Assembly (NCBI RefSeq): GCF_009914755.1 | Contig: NC_060939.1 | Source of the DNA: the human T2T-CHM13v2.0 reference genome, Homo sapiens | DNA: 64,000 nucleotides | Strand: one strand, 5' to 3' | In this document: one piece after another, positions 27,760 to 41,890 of the stretch | Layout of the letters: the number at the start of each line of letters is the position of its first letter | How positions within the stretch are numbered: position 1 is the first letter of the stretch | Translations under genes and position numbers: made by a program | The notes under the pieces: generated by a model | Database searches by the model: none | Told to the model about the DNA's origin: nothing | Seen by the model: only the letters and a program-made list of their open reading frames with translations

Positions 27760-28127
27760 TGTGGCAGAGAAAGTAACATGCACCAAATAGTCCAGGCTTG
27801 TGTTGAGTTAGAGCCATGCGACAAGTTCTGGCCAATAATATATGTGTGCGAGTGATACATGCCCCTTCTGACAGAAGCAGTGAAAAATTTATGAACAATA
27901 TTTTAGTTTTCTTTCCTCTACTATGGCAACTTAAGTTGTGTGAGCCAGATAATGGAGTTTCAGGATGATGGTTCCTACTCAGCCTGGGTCCCTGAGTGAC
28001 TGTATGGAATAAAGCTCTGCCGACACTTGTTAGACATGACCATGTGTAACAAATAAGCCTTTGTTAAGCCACTGACCATTTGGAGTAATCTGTTACAACT
28101 GCAGAACAGAGCATATCCTGATTAACA
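27760..28127 (+). mobile_element. MLT1J-like LTR
   Basis: agttctggccaat, cagcctgggtccctgagtgac, aaataagcctttgttaagccactga motifs. Confidence 0.7.
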
Positions 28128-29144
28128 GAATTCCTACTTCCCAAATTTCTGCTTCCTTTCCTGGCTGCATAATTTGTCCAAGCTGTCTGTCATCTACATA
28201 CTCCTTTACCCTATTTATGGCTTATACTATCTCATCTGACCTTCATGGTCTATCCTAAACGTCATCTCCTTCCCAAGGATCTCCGGTTTCCAGTTGGATG
28301 GGATACCCTCCTCTTCTCTGCTAATAGAAAGAGTAGTATACCTCTCTTAAGGCAATCATCTCATTTGCTTCTCTTCCTCATCCATTTAACTTAGAGCTCC
28401 TGGAAGGTGAAGACCATGTTTGATTCACCCAAACACCCCAAGGCCCCAGCTGAACATTTTGTGGTAGCTACAGGTGGATATTATTTAGTTTGAATTGAGT
28501 TTTCTCCTGAGGTTAGCAATGCGTAGGCCAATGTAGACAGCAATGTGAAATGATTTTAAATAAGTTATCTGCCTGAAACATAGCAACAGGGAGAGAAGAA
28601 AACAAAAAAAAAAACCCTTTACATGAGTAAGTGTAATTCTCAGAAAATAAGAGAAATAGCATATCAGAAAAAGACATAGGAAGCAAAAGTGATGCTTGCT
28701 GAAGAACATCAGAATGGGAATTAGGAAACAAACTTCTAGATTTGACTCCTTTGAAAACTAATTCTGTGATCTCTCTGGAACTCAGGTTCTTCATCTTGTA
28801 CGTGGGATCAGAGGCTGGACGATAAATTAATTAAGGTATTTCATTCTGGAATTTTACTTACAGAAACCCCAGGTGCTGAGATGTTTTCCAGGACTAGGAT
28901 GAAGTCTCCATCTTGTGGCTAAATTAAGTTCTGCAGTCACTCAACATTATGAACGTCAAGATCCAAGTCAATTTAGTGGAGCAGCGTAGATTAGGTCAAT
29001 AGCTTCTGTGAGAAACAGAAACACATCTTCTTAATGCAAATGCAGCAGGACAGGTTCATTCGCAGCCATTTGGAAAGGAATTTAAACTTGGACAACGAAC
29101 TGTGCAAATATATTTATTCATTCTTTTACTAAAGAGAGGGCCTG

Positions 29145-29410
29145 TCTTATCTTTTCCAGACTTGCATTCCTTGGCTTGTGGCCCCTTCCTCCTTCTTCAA
29201 AGCCAGCAATGTAGCATCTTGCTTCAGCCCTCACATTGCCTCATTCTTATCTGTCAAATCTCTCTCTGCCTCACTCTTATAAGGACACCTAGGTGATCCA
29301 GAATACTCCCATCTCAAGAATTTTTAATTTAATCACTTTTACCATATAACATCCGCAGTTTCCAGAGATTAGGATCTGGATATCTTTGGAGACCATTATT
29401 AGTCTACCAC
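29145..29410 (-). mobile_element. MLT1C/D-like LTR fragment
   Basis: cattccttggcttgtggccccttcctcc...tcaaagccagcaatg...cccatctcaag motifs. Confidence 0.7.
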
Positions 29411-30792
29411 TGGGAGAAAGTGAAGGGGGCTGGGGAAAGTGTTTCCAGGAACACAGTAGTCTGTCCAGCGCCCCTTCCACCACTATCATTGGTGAGATCG
29501 TTGGTAGCAGCTGTGAGGTGTGATAGAGACTGACTTTTCTCCAGTTCCAGGGGCTCCAACTGGCAAAAGCTCATAACTGTTATCATCCCCCTGACTTCAG
29601 TGATCTGCTCAGGAAAGGGCACTTGAACAAATTCAGACCAGCTCAGGAGCCTCTACCCTCCACCCCCGTAGTTGTGGAAAAAGTTTTCATATCAGCTATT
29701 CTGGAGGTAGCAAAAAGAAGGCCAAAAGATTACAGCCCTTTTTGTTTGTTTGTTTGCTTGTAAGCCTTGTGGTTCTATTTGACTTTTTAAATTATGCGCA
29801 TGAATTACTTGGAGACATTTTTTAAATTGAAGTGGAAAAAATAATTTAAAAGGGAAAACTAACTAAAGTAATATAATTTCAGAGTATTGATTATTGTCCA
29901 GAATATGCTTTGTTTTATTATTTTGCTAATAAAATTAAATTCACTGTACATTGTTCCAGAAGTATGTTGACTCTAAGGAAAATGTTTTAAATGGAATAGC
30001 CTGAGGATATCATTGTGGGGAAGTATTGGATGTCCTTGATCTTTTCTGTTCATTGTAGATGTTTTCTAGAAGACAGCACATCTTAAAGATATTTCAGGCT
30101 TCTTATGAAGGAAACAGTAAACCTTTTACAAACTATATTTTCCAATTTTCTTGTCTTTTCTTGAAGTACCACTGTACAACTCTTGTTGGAGAGCTACTGT
30201 AATTATTTGTGACATGTTTTTCTTTGGCCAATTCTCTATGGCTTCTACTCAGTACAGCCACCTCATAAGAACATGAGATCACCCTCTCTGCACGTGGCTT
30301 TTGGAAGCTGCCATAACTTCATGGGTTCAAAGCTGGGTTCTCTTGGGACCTGCTTCCATGCAATGGCAGTCAGTTCATCATCTGCTGTGGTTCATTCCCT
30401 CAGCTTTTGACTCGGTCCTGGGTGTGCCTGAAAGAGAACCCTCTTCCCTCATTGCTGTCCTGAAAAACAAAACCCTCTTCTAGTTCTCACTAGAAGAGTG
30501 ACATATTGTTTTGGGGGAGGAAAGTAGTGTCTCCATGTGTCACCTCGTTTCTCTCCAGGCACACAGTGCTCCAAGGTAAGGGATGCTTACAAGCTATATG
30601 ACAATGAATGCACAAATTATTCAAAGTGAAAGGGTTTTAAAGATCAGTGAGTTCAATGTCTCCTCAAATGCGAAAATGCCTGTCAGAAACTCCCTGACAC
30701 ACCATCATCTTGCATCAGATACAGTATTTCCAGTTATAGGAAAGTCATGACTGAAATGCATGGAATCAGATTTTTCAGATTGAGAGGTCTAA

Positions 30793-30965
30793 AGTAGTAT
30801 TTCTCAATGTGATGTCAGTGGAACACTTGCAGCAGGGTCACCTGGGATGTTCATTTAGGATTCAGATCCTTGGGCCCTGTCACCTACTGAACCATGCTGT
30901 CCAGGGATAAAATCCAAGCATATGCCTAGAAGAAAGACTTATTAACTACACTGAAGATTGAGATT
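30793..30965. mobile_element. MER5-type hAT MITE
   Basis: agtatttctcaa...tcacctggg...cagatccttgggccc...ttgaga layout. Confidence 0.55.
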
Positions 30966-31479
30966 AATTGTACTAGACTAACTCTCCTATACAATTCTCA
31001 AAAAACCTTGACATCTATTTGTTGAATGTTATGGCTTCTCCCTAGAAAAAGCCAGATGTGTGCCTAAGTTGCCTGCTCCCCCACCCCCTGACATTATCAT
31101 ATATTTAATTAGAAAAGTCAATGCCATTGACTTTTTAAAGCCAAGGGCCTCCTAGAATTATGTTTTGCAAAATGTGCTATACACATTGCTTATGGTATAT
31201 CAAGTAGTCCACATATGGTTAGGCAGTTTTGGAGATAAAAATGATGAAACAATCCTATTTACACATGTTTTATAAATTTGAAATGTAATATTAATTATAC
31301 TTTTTAAATTCCACTGCATTTTAATGATTATATCATAAAAGTTGTAAATGTGCTCCAAGAACTGCGTTGGTAAATTTGTTTCAGCTGTCATTCAGCTAAC
31401 AGAGTCTTGTGAAAATTTTCCAATGTCACTTGTATTCTATTAGTTGTGATTCTTGTTCTTAAATTGCTGCGTGGAAACT

Positions 31480-31690
31480 AATCTATGGTGACAATAATCA
31501 GGGCTTGGGAAGGCTTGATTGTAAACAGGCTCATGACCCTGGGAACTTTTGGGGATGCAGCAATTATTTTCTTATATTGATTATGTTGGTAGTTCCATGG
31601 ATGTAGCTTGCCAAAACTCATTAAACGATACACTTCGAATGAATGCATTTTATCATATGTAAGTGAGACCTTGGTAAAGTTGATTTTAAA
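31480..31690 (+). mobile_element. L1ME-type 3' end
   Basis: aatctatggtgaca...gggaacttttgggg...caaaactcatt...atgcattttat motifs. Confidence 0.6.
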
Positions 31691-31702
31691 ATGTGAAGTG
31701 TT

Positions 31703-32057
<355 letters not shown>

Positions 32058-32544
32058 TTATAATACCAATTTACAAGAAAGCATATCAAAAATGACTCAT
32101 TGAAGCAGGTGGTTAGTGATTAAAAATTTAATGAATATACTACAAATCAGAAAAATACACTAGATGTAAATAATAAATAGAGCACCTGTGAAGACAGAGG
32201 TTGATCTGTATATGCTGAGAGAAATGAAGATACAAGAGAAATGATGTCACCAGCTGAAATGCTGTCACATTGTTGTCTTCATTCTTTTAGAAGAACTAAA
32301 GAAATAAAAGAATGAGCATCTGAAAATTAGATTGTATTGATAAACATTGATCCATTCACCCACCAGTCCCATTGTGTTCTGTTACAAAGTTTTTCAAAAT
32401 GGCATTGTGAAATCTTTCAAGGGTTTGTGAAAAATAAGGTATAGCATCTCTTTGGTGAGCCAAATGAGTTTTTCTAAAATAAGCTTGGTAATTTTCACCC
32501 TAAAGTTGATGTATTTTAGTGTAAAAAATGAAGAGGTAGTGAAG

Positions 32545-34230
32545 TGTAATGGAGGGTGGGAGCCAGGCTCCTCACTGTTGGAGTGGGAAGTTACAGACGA
32601 GCAAAGGGAGGAGGCTAGAATAATCCATGGGTAATTGATTAGAGTGGGAGACATCTGTATAAACTCATATTTAGCTTAATATATAAATAGTACATGAATA
32701 TTTATAGATGTATCTGTACATGGGTTATATAGATACGTGTATACATGTATTTCTCTATTTTGTCAGCTGAGAGGAACTAGAGGTAATAAATGACACCCAA
32801 GTAGTAGCAAGTAAAGTTAGAACTCAGATCCTGGTTTCTAATACCATTCTCTGATAGAAGGAATGAGGGCTCCTTGGAGCAATGGATGATTCTAAGGATG
32901 GAGGAGAAACATCTTGCAATGCTAGTAATAAGGAAATGCACAGAAAAACTGACACTGATGGGCCTATGCCAAGGATACAGGAACTGACAGAAAGCTCCCA
33001 ATGGCCAAAGGCAGAACAAGCTGTGCAACAAAATAAACAAAGTGGTACTGAATTATAACCCAATATATAAAATAAATATTGATGGGTCTACACTGATATA
33101 AACAAAATGACTGCATAAATAAATAAATGGAGAAGAATAGCCAAATCTCCAGTGCAGAAGAATTTCAAATAATTTATGCAGATACTGTGAGGGTTAATTT
33201 TGTGTGCTAACTTGGAGGATGTTTTCAGATGTGATTAGCATTTAAATGGGTGCACTTTGAGTAAAGCAGATTGTCCTCCATTATATGGGTGGGTCTCATC
33301 CAATTAGTCGAACCATGAATCAAACCAAAAGACTGCCCTCCCCAAGCAGGAAGGAATTCTTCAGTGGACTGCCTTTGGACTTCATCTATATTCTTGGCTT
33401 ACCTGAGTCTTGAGCCTGACAACCCACACTGCAGATTTTTGACTTCCTGGCCTCCAGAATTGCATGAGCCAATTCCTTATAATAAATCCTTCTCTCCACA
33501 TATACACACACATACATCCTATTGGTTCCGATTCTCTATAGAACCCTGACTAATACAGATAATTTGCATTCAAGAAAAGTGAGCATGATTCGCATTCCTT
33601 ACGTGTGGGCTGCATATACTGACTTCCTTCCAAAGAGTACAGTGTGGAAAATAGAGGGAGAAGAGTAACTTTACAGTGGAGAAGACTGGCAAACTACCTC
33701 AGCCAGGTGACCAAGGTCAACATCAACAATGACCAGTCATGTTGATGGTATGTATCCTTGATATCATGAAAATGGCACTGTACCTGTGATCCTCCTCTCC
33801 TACCCCATAATCCCAGTCTAATGAGAAAAACATTAGACAAATACAAATTGATGAATATTCTACAAAAATACCTGACCAACACTCCTCAAAAGTGTCAAGG
33901 TAATCAAAACCGAGGAAACTCAGAGACTTTCAAGGCCAAGAGGAGTCGAAGGAAACAGGACAATTAAATGTAGTATGGTATCCTGAATAAGATCTTGGGA
34001 GAGAAAAAGGACATTAGGTATAAACTAAAGCAATCTAAATGAAGTATGGACTTTGGTTAATGACAATGTATCTATATTGGTTCATTAATTGTGACAAATA
34101 TACCATATTAATATAAGATGTTACTAACAGAGGAAACTGTGTGGGGTACACAGGATCTCTCTGTACTAGTTCCTTAATTTTTCTGTAAATGTAAATCTAC
34201 TCCAAAATAAAAAGTTTGTTTAAAAAAAAA
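32545..34230 (+). mobile_element. Second L1MC/L1MD-type 3' UTR, interrupted by MLT2
   Basis: Same motif order as 18650-20730 but heavily diverged from it; ends aaaataaaaagttt plus A-tail. Confidence 0.8.
33186..33557 (+). mobile_element. MLT2B-like ERVL solo LTR
   Basis: tgtgagggttaattttgtgtg start, gagtaaagcagattg, gaaccctgactaataca end; TSD gatac/gataa. Confidence 0.85.
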
Positions 34231-37200
34231 GAAAAAGGAGGAGGAGGAGGATGAAAAGATGGAAAAAATAAACTAGGGAGGCACCTTTTAGAGTTCTACT
34301 TCTCACAGCAAAAAGAACTACAAGTTATTCCACTACCAAGAAGCTTGCAGGGTTAGCCACAAAACCAATGATAAGTATTGTACCTGGGAAAATAATCAAT
34401 TAATCTTTGCAATTCTAGTCAGATCATACTGTTGGACACCACATCATAGCAATGGCACATGATAGATTACAACAAATGCTATTGTTTAAAAATTATCCAA
34501 AATGTAGAAATAAAGCAAAAGAAGATTGCTCGTGCTTTCAATATCATATACCAGACCAGCATCTATCAGGCCCATCAAGCATTATTTCATTTTTTAAAAG
34601 ATGGACTCTTGTTGATTAACTACTTTCTGTTAATTAAAGCCAAGACTCTGAAGTCACGTGTTAACTTGTAGATTTTTGTCTAATGGAGATGCAAAACATT
34701 AACTAGTTATATCTCTGACTTAGCAAATTTATTTTGGTATTCCTTTCCTAATAGACTGTGTAATCTTTTTTTTCTCTAATTTTTCTTTCAATCATTCTGT
34801 GCACGTTGCTGGTTTCCTCATCAATAAATCAACAGCTCATTGACACACATTTGCTTTATATTTGTATGAGTGTAATGTTTTTAACTTTTTTTTAAAAAAT
34901 ATGCTTTTATCGTGCATGTTCAAGGAGCTATTTTGTGTTGCAATTAGATGACATAGATCACTGGTATTTGATCATGCATGTTTGCAGTACATATATGAGA
35001 AGAAGCTCTTGGTGGCTTCTGTTTATCAAAGCAGTTCTTTAATCAAAGTTTTTAAAACCAAAAACTGAAACTAAGACCTAAAGTTTCTTTAAACTAGAAA
35101 ACCTAGATATGTCATGAAGATAGCCACTGCTACTCAAATACAACTCGTACTTGGAAGCCAATCCATACATTGCCTTTCTCTTAAAAAGCACTAATTTACC
35201 AAATATAGAGCTCCTGACCTTGATTCAGTGTTCACAAAAATTGTAAAAATTTTAAATATAATCAAATCATGCCTACAGAGAATGTGTATTTTTAGCAAAT
35301 TGCACCAAGAAATTGGCAGCAAGGACAAGATTCTGCTTTTCCCTGTTGAACCATCCTGGCTGCCAAAAGAAAAGGTTTTTGAAACAAAGAAAGAGCTTTA
35401 AAAAGTTTTTATGACACCCGTGATACCAGTGTGACAAAATGTGCACAGGACTTTTTCTGTCCTCTGACAATTTTAGAATGAAGTCCCTGAGCTGAAAACA
35501 GAAAGTGTGAAGTGTTATCAGATTCCAAAAAGAGCTGCCCAGGAGATGCCAAGAGATGGAAGAATTTGCCTGGATCCCATCAACTCACCACAGCCCTTCC
35601 TATATGTAAGAACAGGAACCAGAAAGAGAAGGGACCCTTCAGAATCAGAGCCCAGGGCTACGGTTTTTTACTCTCCACCGCTGCCCAGGCTAAGAGTTAC
35701 CTTCAGAGTTGGGCCCTCAGTCATGCCTGCCCAAGTGCGGGTGGTGGCACCTCAATCCCCGGCTAGACAGCTGCATAGGCAGCTAACTTGCTTCTGTCTG
35801 CCCTGTGTGTCTCTCTAAGCAAGAGAAAAGAGAGGAAAGAGACAAGAGGCTAGATGCAGGATAGGCAGGAGCTGTCCGGGAGCCTCCTGCTCTCCGTATC
35901 TCACATGGCAGGGTGAGCAGGATAAGTAGACACCGTGGGAGGGTGCCAGGCTTGGTAGCTTACTAAAGAAGGCTGTGGGCTGACCATGAAGTGCAAGGAG
36001 GGGGGCATCCCTTTGCGGGCAGGAGCTGGGGAGGGGCTTACCTAGGGGTGAAGCTGGAGTGACTCTGCCAAGCAAAGATAATGTGCGTGGTGAAGCCGCC
36101 TATAGAGTCTCCTAAGGAACAAACCCGTGTCTCCAAAATAGCCAGCCTCCTATACAGAGCGCGTCTGCCGAGAGAGAATGACATTACACCAGTTAAACAA
36201 AACACCTTTGCCCCTCTTCTGTAATTCCCTCTCTCCTTGTCCAAAGGTGGAAGCAAAAAGGAGAAGGGAAGGCGGACATAAGAGAACATAGATTACACTC
36301 AAGTCTCACCTGCTGCCTGGCTGGTTCTGGGGAGCAAGAGAGGGGATATGAGGTTGAGTGAGTGATTGAAGCTTAAAATGAACCGGACCAGAGTGTGCTT
36401 TTAAATATCGCTTGAGTAACTGAAAGTAAGCAAAAAGCTACGGGATTTGCCTAAAGCATCTTTAAGTGATGGAAAAGAGAGATGCAACTAATCAAGTTTG
36501 AAAGCAAAGATGAGAGAAAAACACCATTTTGTGTTGTGGCTTATTTAGTTTAGATGGTTCAATAAATTCAGTTACACCCATTTTGGAGTGCATTTCAGAA
36601 AATAGTCTATATCTTAAGTGGCTTGAATTTATCACTTAAGGATCATAATTTTTAATGTTAAGAATGTGATATTAGGATTTATTAAGATTCAGTTATGGGA
36701 CAAACAGCTCGATTTTCAAGAGCTTCATTTTCTCCAGGCAATGATTTACCTTTCTCATCGAAGAGAGGATCTTATATTGGCTATGTTTTAAAGTCACATT
36801 AATAGGCTGTAACAGACTATGAAGAAATTCTTTTTAGATTCAAGGTAACTAGAGACCATTTGCCTCTCATCATAATGATCTACTAAACATTTATATAGCA
36901 CTGACTATGTGCCAAGTACTGTCCAAGGTGCTTTGCTTATATTAACTCAATATATATAAAAAATTAAAATCCTCTGATATTGCTATATGTGAAAGTTCTT
37001 TACAAGCTATAAAATGCAGCATAATTATCAGAGGATATTACCGATATTATAAGAATAACAATTACTAAGATAACAAGAATGTTTCCTTGTTTCAGAAGTC
37101 AATTGGTGTTGATGGGAATTTAAGAAAAAAATGTCCAGTGCAGCATATTCTTTCATCACAACATACCCCATTCCTTCTCCAACAGGCAACCTCATGGAGA

Positions 37201-37286
37201 CCATGGACCCCTCTGCCATCCCACCCATCTTTGAACCAATGCAAACTGTCTTCAGAACTCATGCCCTTACATAAACAGGCTCTACA

Positions 37287-38156
<870 letters not shown>

Positions 38157-39499
38157 CCTCTACAATATTTTCCTGCTGTCCTCCTAACACTTGAACTTGG
38201 GCTAATGCAATTTAAGCTTCAAGTCTCCCCAGTGTCAGTGAAGTGAAGCAATGAACAGTGCCTAATGAGCCCTTAAAATGTAGACCACCCATCTACATAG
38301 CGCCTTCTTTTCCACCCCTTTAAACAAATGATAGCTACTGCTGTTTGATTTTTACATTAAGAAGAACGTGTTGTCAAAAGTACCTAAATCATTTTCTCAG
38401 CTTGGTGCTTCACTTTCCCTTTAAGGATGCAGACTAAGGATCTTAATTTATGAGTTACCCACTCAAGCCTCTTTGCCACACACCTGGACCTGTTTGCAGA
38501 ATTAAATTATTGGCTGTGAATCTAACATCAAACCTCCAGATGGCACCAGAGAACTGAGAAAAACAATTCCATTGCCAAGGAGCCTTTGTGTTGCTGACAA
38601 GAGAGGAGCAGGCTGAGAGAAAACGCCCTGTTTGTCACAAAGTTACATCTGCGAGCTCCTTCAAGGAAGGGAGGTGCCTGACGCTCCTTGTTAATGCCGG
38701 TTGCTGTTACAGACTTGCAATTGTGCAACTCTGTGATGTAAACAGGCAGGCTTTGTATTTTTGCAGTGCCCCTGGAGAGTGGAGAGGGTGGTTCTCTTGG
38801 CTGTCTCTGGAACAAATTTGGGTAAGTGCTCAAAGATGTGTTACTACAGAATGTACTTGTGAAGTTCTTGTTGCAGTGCAGTCAGATAAGCAAAGATATC
38901 TGCTAGAAAATAAAGAAAAAGCTACACAATTTTAGACTTTGTAGTTCATTGTCTTTTAAGACAGCAAGTCCTGCTATTGTCTGTCATAAAGCTACAGAAA
39001 AAGACCATATTGAAAACTGACGATAGCAGTTGATTATTTGTGAAAAGCCTGAGAGATGATTCAGTAAATACAAGGTGAATTTCATTGCATCTTCATGCAA
39101 TCAGAGACTTGCATACACTTTTTATCCCCTAAACAGATGAACGAATGGCATGGGCCAGCTAGCAGGGAGTTGGCAGGATAAAGTTCTAACCAACAATTGC
39201 CACTTGCCTTCCTTTCTTCCATCAGCTTCTAGCTTACCTTTCAGAGACAGGTTCTATCAAAGGAAACCTAAAGGGAACCTTCCTCCCTGGCCCTGCCCCA
39301 TCTAGCGTCCACAAGGATACTACACTCCAGTGAAGACTAGGGTGTATCCCAACTCCCCAAGAGCAGCATCAACAGCTATTAATCCTAAAAGTCTTGGTTT
39401 ACTTCTGCAACATTGAGACACTTGCTGGGGCCAGAGCACAGGGGGCAAATGGGAACCTGAAATGCTCTTTTCCCAGCTTACTGCAGGACTCTTTGTCTC

Positions 39500-39770
39500 A
39501 TCTGTTAGCCATATGTCACCCCATTAGAGAGATCTCTCCTGACCATCCCATCTAAAATTATTTCCAGTTACTCACTCTCTCATCCCTCTGCACTTATGTG
39601 AATAAAACAGTCTCATTTTATACTTGATTGTCTGCCTTCCCTCCCTACAGTTATTGTTGAAGCAGGCAGGAATTCCCTCTGTCTGGCTCCCACGGTATCC
39701 CCACCTTTTAGAAGAGTGTGTGGCATGTAGAAGGTTCAATATAGATTGAATAAAAGAATGAATGATGACA
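39500..39770 (+). mobile_element. L2 3' end
   Basis: cctgaccatcccatctaaaa...tggcatgtag...caatatagattgaataaaagaatgaatga. Confidence 0.65.
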
Positions 39771-40439
39771 ATAGGCTGATCCATTTCTCTATTTTCTTCT
39801 GGTTATGAAATTTGATTAAAAAATGAGATTTGGGATCAAAGCCATTACCAGAGAACATTATATTAACACAAATAATTGAATTATGCCTTAGGAAAAGACA
39901 GTGTATAACAGGGGATTATTGATAACTTAAAAGAGTATCTTTTCCGCAGTAATAAAAGAGTGGAACATTTTTAAATAAATGATGAAAAAGAGAACCCAAA
40001 GGCACAGGATCCTGCTGATAAACAATTGCACATAAGGGTGTACTATTTCTATGAGAGTAAGTATATCCCGGCTCAAAAAGAGCAGAATAAAATTGGTACA
40101 GTCTCAGGTTTATTCTGCTATTTAATTTACAGTTGCACAACCACATGGGACATCCACCAACTCACCAGTCCAGGAGGGAGAAAAACGCCTTGGATTCTTT
40201 CTATATTTATAGGCATGTATACTGCAAATTGCATTATCTCTAACAGACTGCCAGATGAGCTGGAAAAGATCATCTGTCAGCACATCCAGAAAGCTTTCTC
40301 AGACTTTCAGATTAGCTCAGGTTCCACTGTAATCTCACTATGTACTTCTTCATCAAATCGATTACCGTTGTAATTAAGTGATGAATTGGGTGATTTGTTA
40401 CGTAGCCTCTTTCACCTCCATTGTGATGTACCCTTCAAG

Positions 40440-40710
40440 ACAGAATGTGTCTGTTCCTGTCCAATGCTACATTCCTAGCCCTTGGGGAATGCCTGCTAAA
40501 TCAAAACAATTAATTAAATATGTGTTGAATAAATAAATGGATAAATTGAGCATTTATTATGCTCCAAGCACAGTACTACATACATTCTTACACACATTGC
40601 TTTTTAAATTTCATCTCACACAACCCTATCTGATAGATACTAGTTTTATCCCCATTTTACAGATGAAAAAACTGAGGTCTTTAAAAAGATTAAGCAATAT
40701 CATTGAACAA
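40440..40710. mobile_element. L2 3' end (+) adjoining a MIR (-)
   Basis: tgttgaataaataaatg end, then cccattttacagatgaaaaaactgagg MIR core. Confidence 0.65.
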
Positions 40711-41164
40711 GAATTGAACAATAACATCTATAGCAAGTTGCCCATTTTAAATGATATTTTATTGGGGAATGTGAATTATTGTAGAAAAAGGAAGTCTTCG
40801 GCAAAGAAACACCTAGAAGCAAATTTCATCACTAGAGAGCATTGCTATCTACTGAAGTTCAAAACTACATATTTAGGCCCGGTATCCCCTTTTCGGTTTG
40901 TGCCAGACCAATTATCAATAATGCAGAGTTTACATTTTTCTCAAACATGAACGACTGGTTTGTTGAGTATGTTGAACTTGCCACTATCTAGTAAACAACT
41001 TTATTTTTCCCCTACCACTATCTTCACACCGTTTAGCCATGTTGCCTTTTTCCATCATTGGATGGAATCTTGGGCAGATTCCCCCAGCTTCTCATTGATT
41101 TTCAACCATAAGAGCAGCCTCATTTTATTTAGGGTATCAAAAAGTCAATTATAATTACTTTGTA

Positions 41165-41425
41165 TTTTGTTAAATGTAACAGTGGCATTGTGAGTATATT
41201 AAAAAGATATCTCCGTAGCTGTTACAGATGCACATGAAGTGTGTTTTAGTGAAATGATAAAGTATTTAAAGTTTGATTTTGAAATAGTCCAGAAAAAAAA
41301 AAGAAGGGGAGAGAAACCGCAACCAGTAAAAGATTGATAATAGTCGAAGTTGGATGATGGGCACTTGGTGAGTAATTGTACTCTTCTCTCTGCTTTTGTA
41401 TAGATTTGAAAATGTCCACACATTT
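41165..41425 (+). mobile_element. L1ME/MC4-type 3' end
   Basis: gtggcattgtg...tgaaatgat...gaagttggatgatgggcac...tttgaaaat motifs. Confidence 0.55.
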
Positions 41426-41890
41426 TTTTGTAAAAATCCTGTCTGGTTTAAATAGAAACTAGATGACATTCTCCAGTGTGAAACATGTGTCTCCTCATCT
41501 TCCATCCCTCCATCTCCCCTCAGCTTATGCTGACCCCTGGGCCCCGTAAAAAAAAAGCCACAGTGCAGAAAGCAGGCATGGTCAGTCTTTCCCCTTTCCT
41601 GTGCTTGGCTCTTCTCTTCCTCCTCTTTTTATTTTCCTTTCTTCTACTGGCTCTATTTCTTGCTCTTCCAGGGCTGGGGAAATTGGGAGGGGAGGGAGGC
41701 AAAGGGGAAAGTACCTCTTTAATTGGCTGGTGCTATCTGTCATTCTCTCTGGATGGCCATGCCCTCTGGCATGGCAGGGGCCACATGCAGGTCCTTTGAT
41801 GAGGCTCCTCAAAGGACTCTTCATTGGCCTCTTACCACCACCACCATGTTCCATTGTACCCTGACTGGTGAGAGACACGACCTTCCTGGC

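Noticed and set aside
30559-30575. Possible 17-nt microexon (ctctccag|...CAAG|GTAAGG)
   Set aside because: Splice-like motifs only, too short to support without transcript data.
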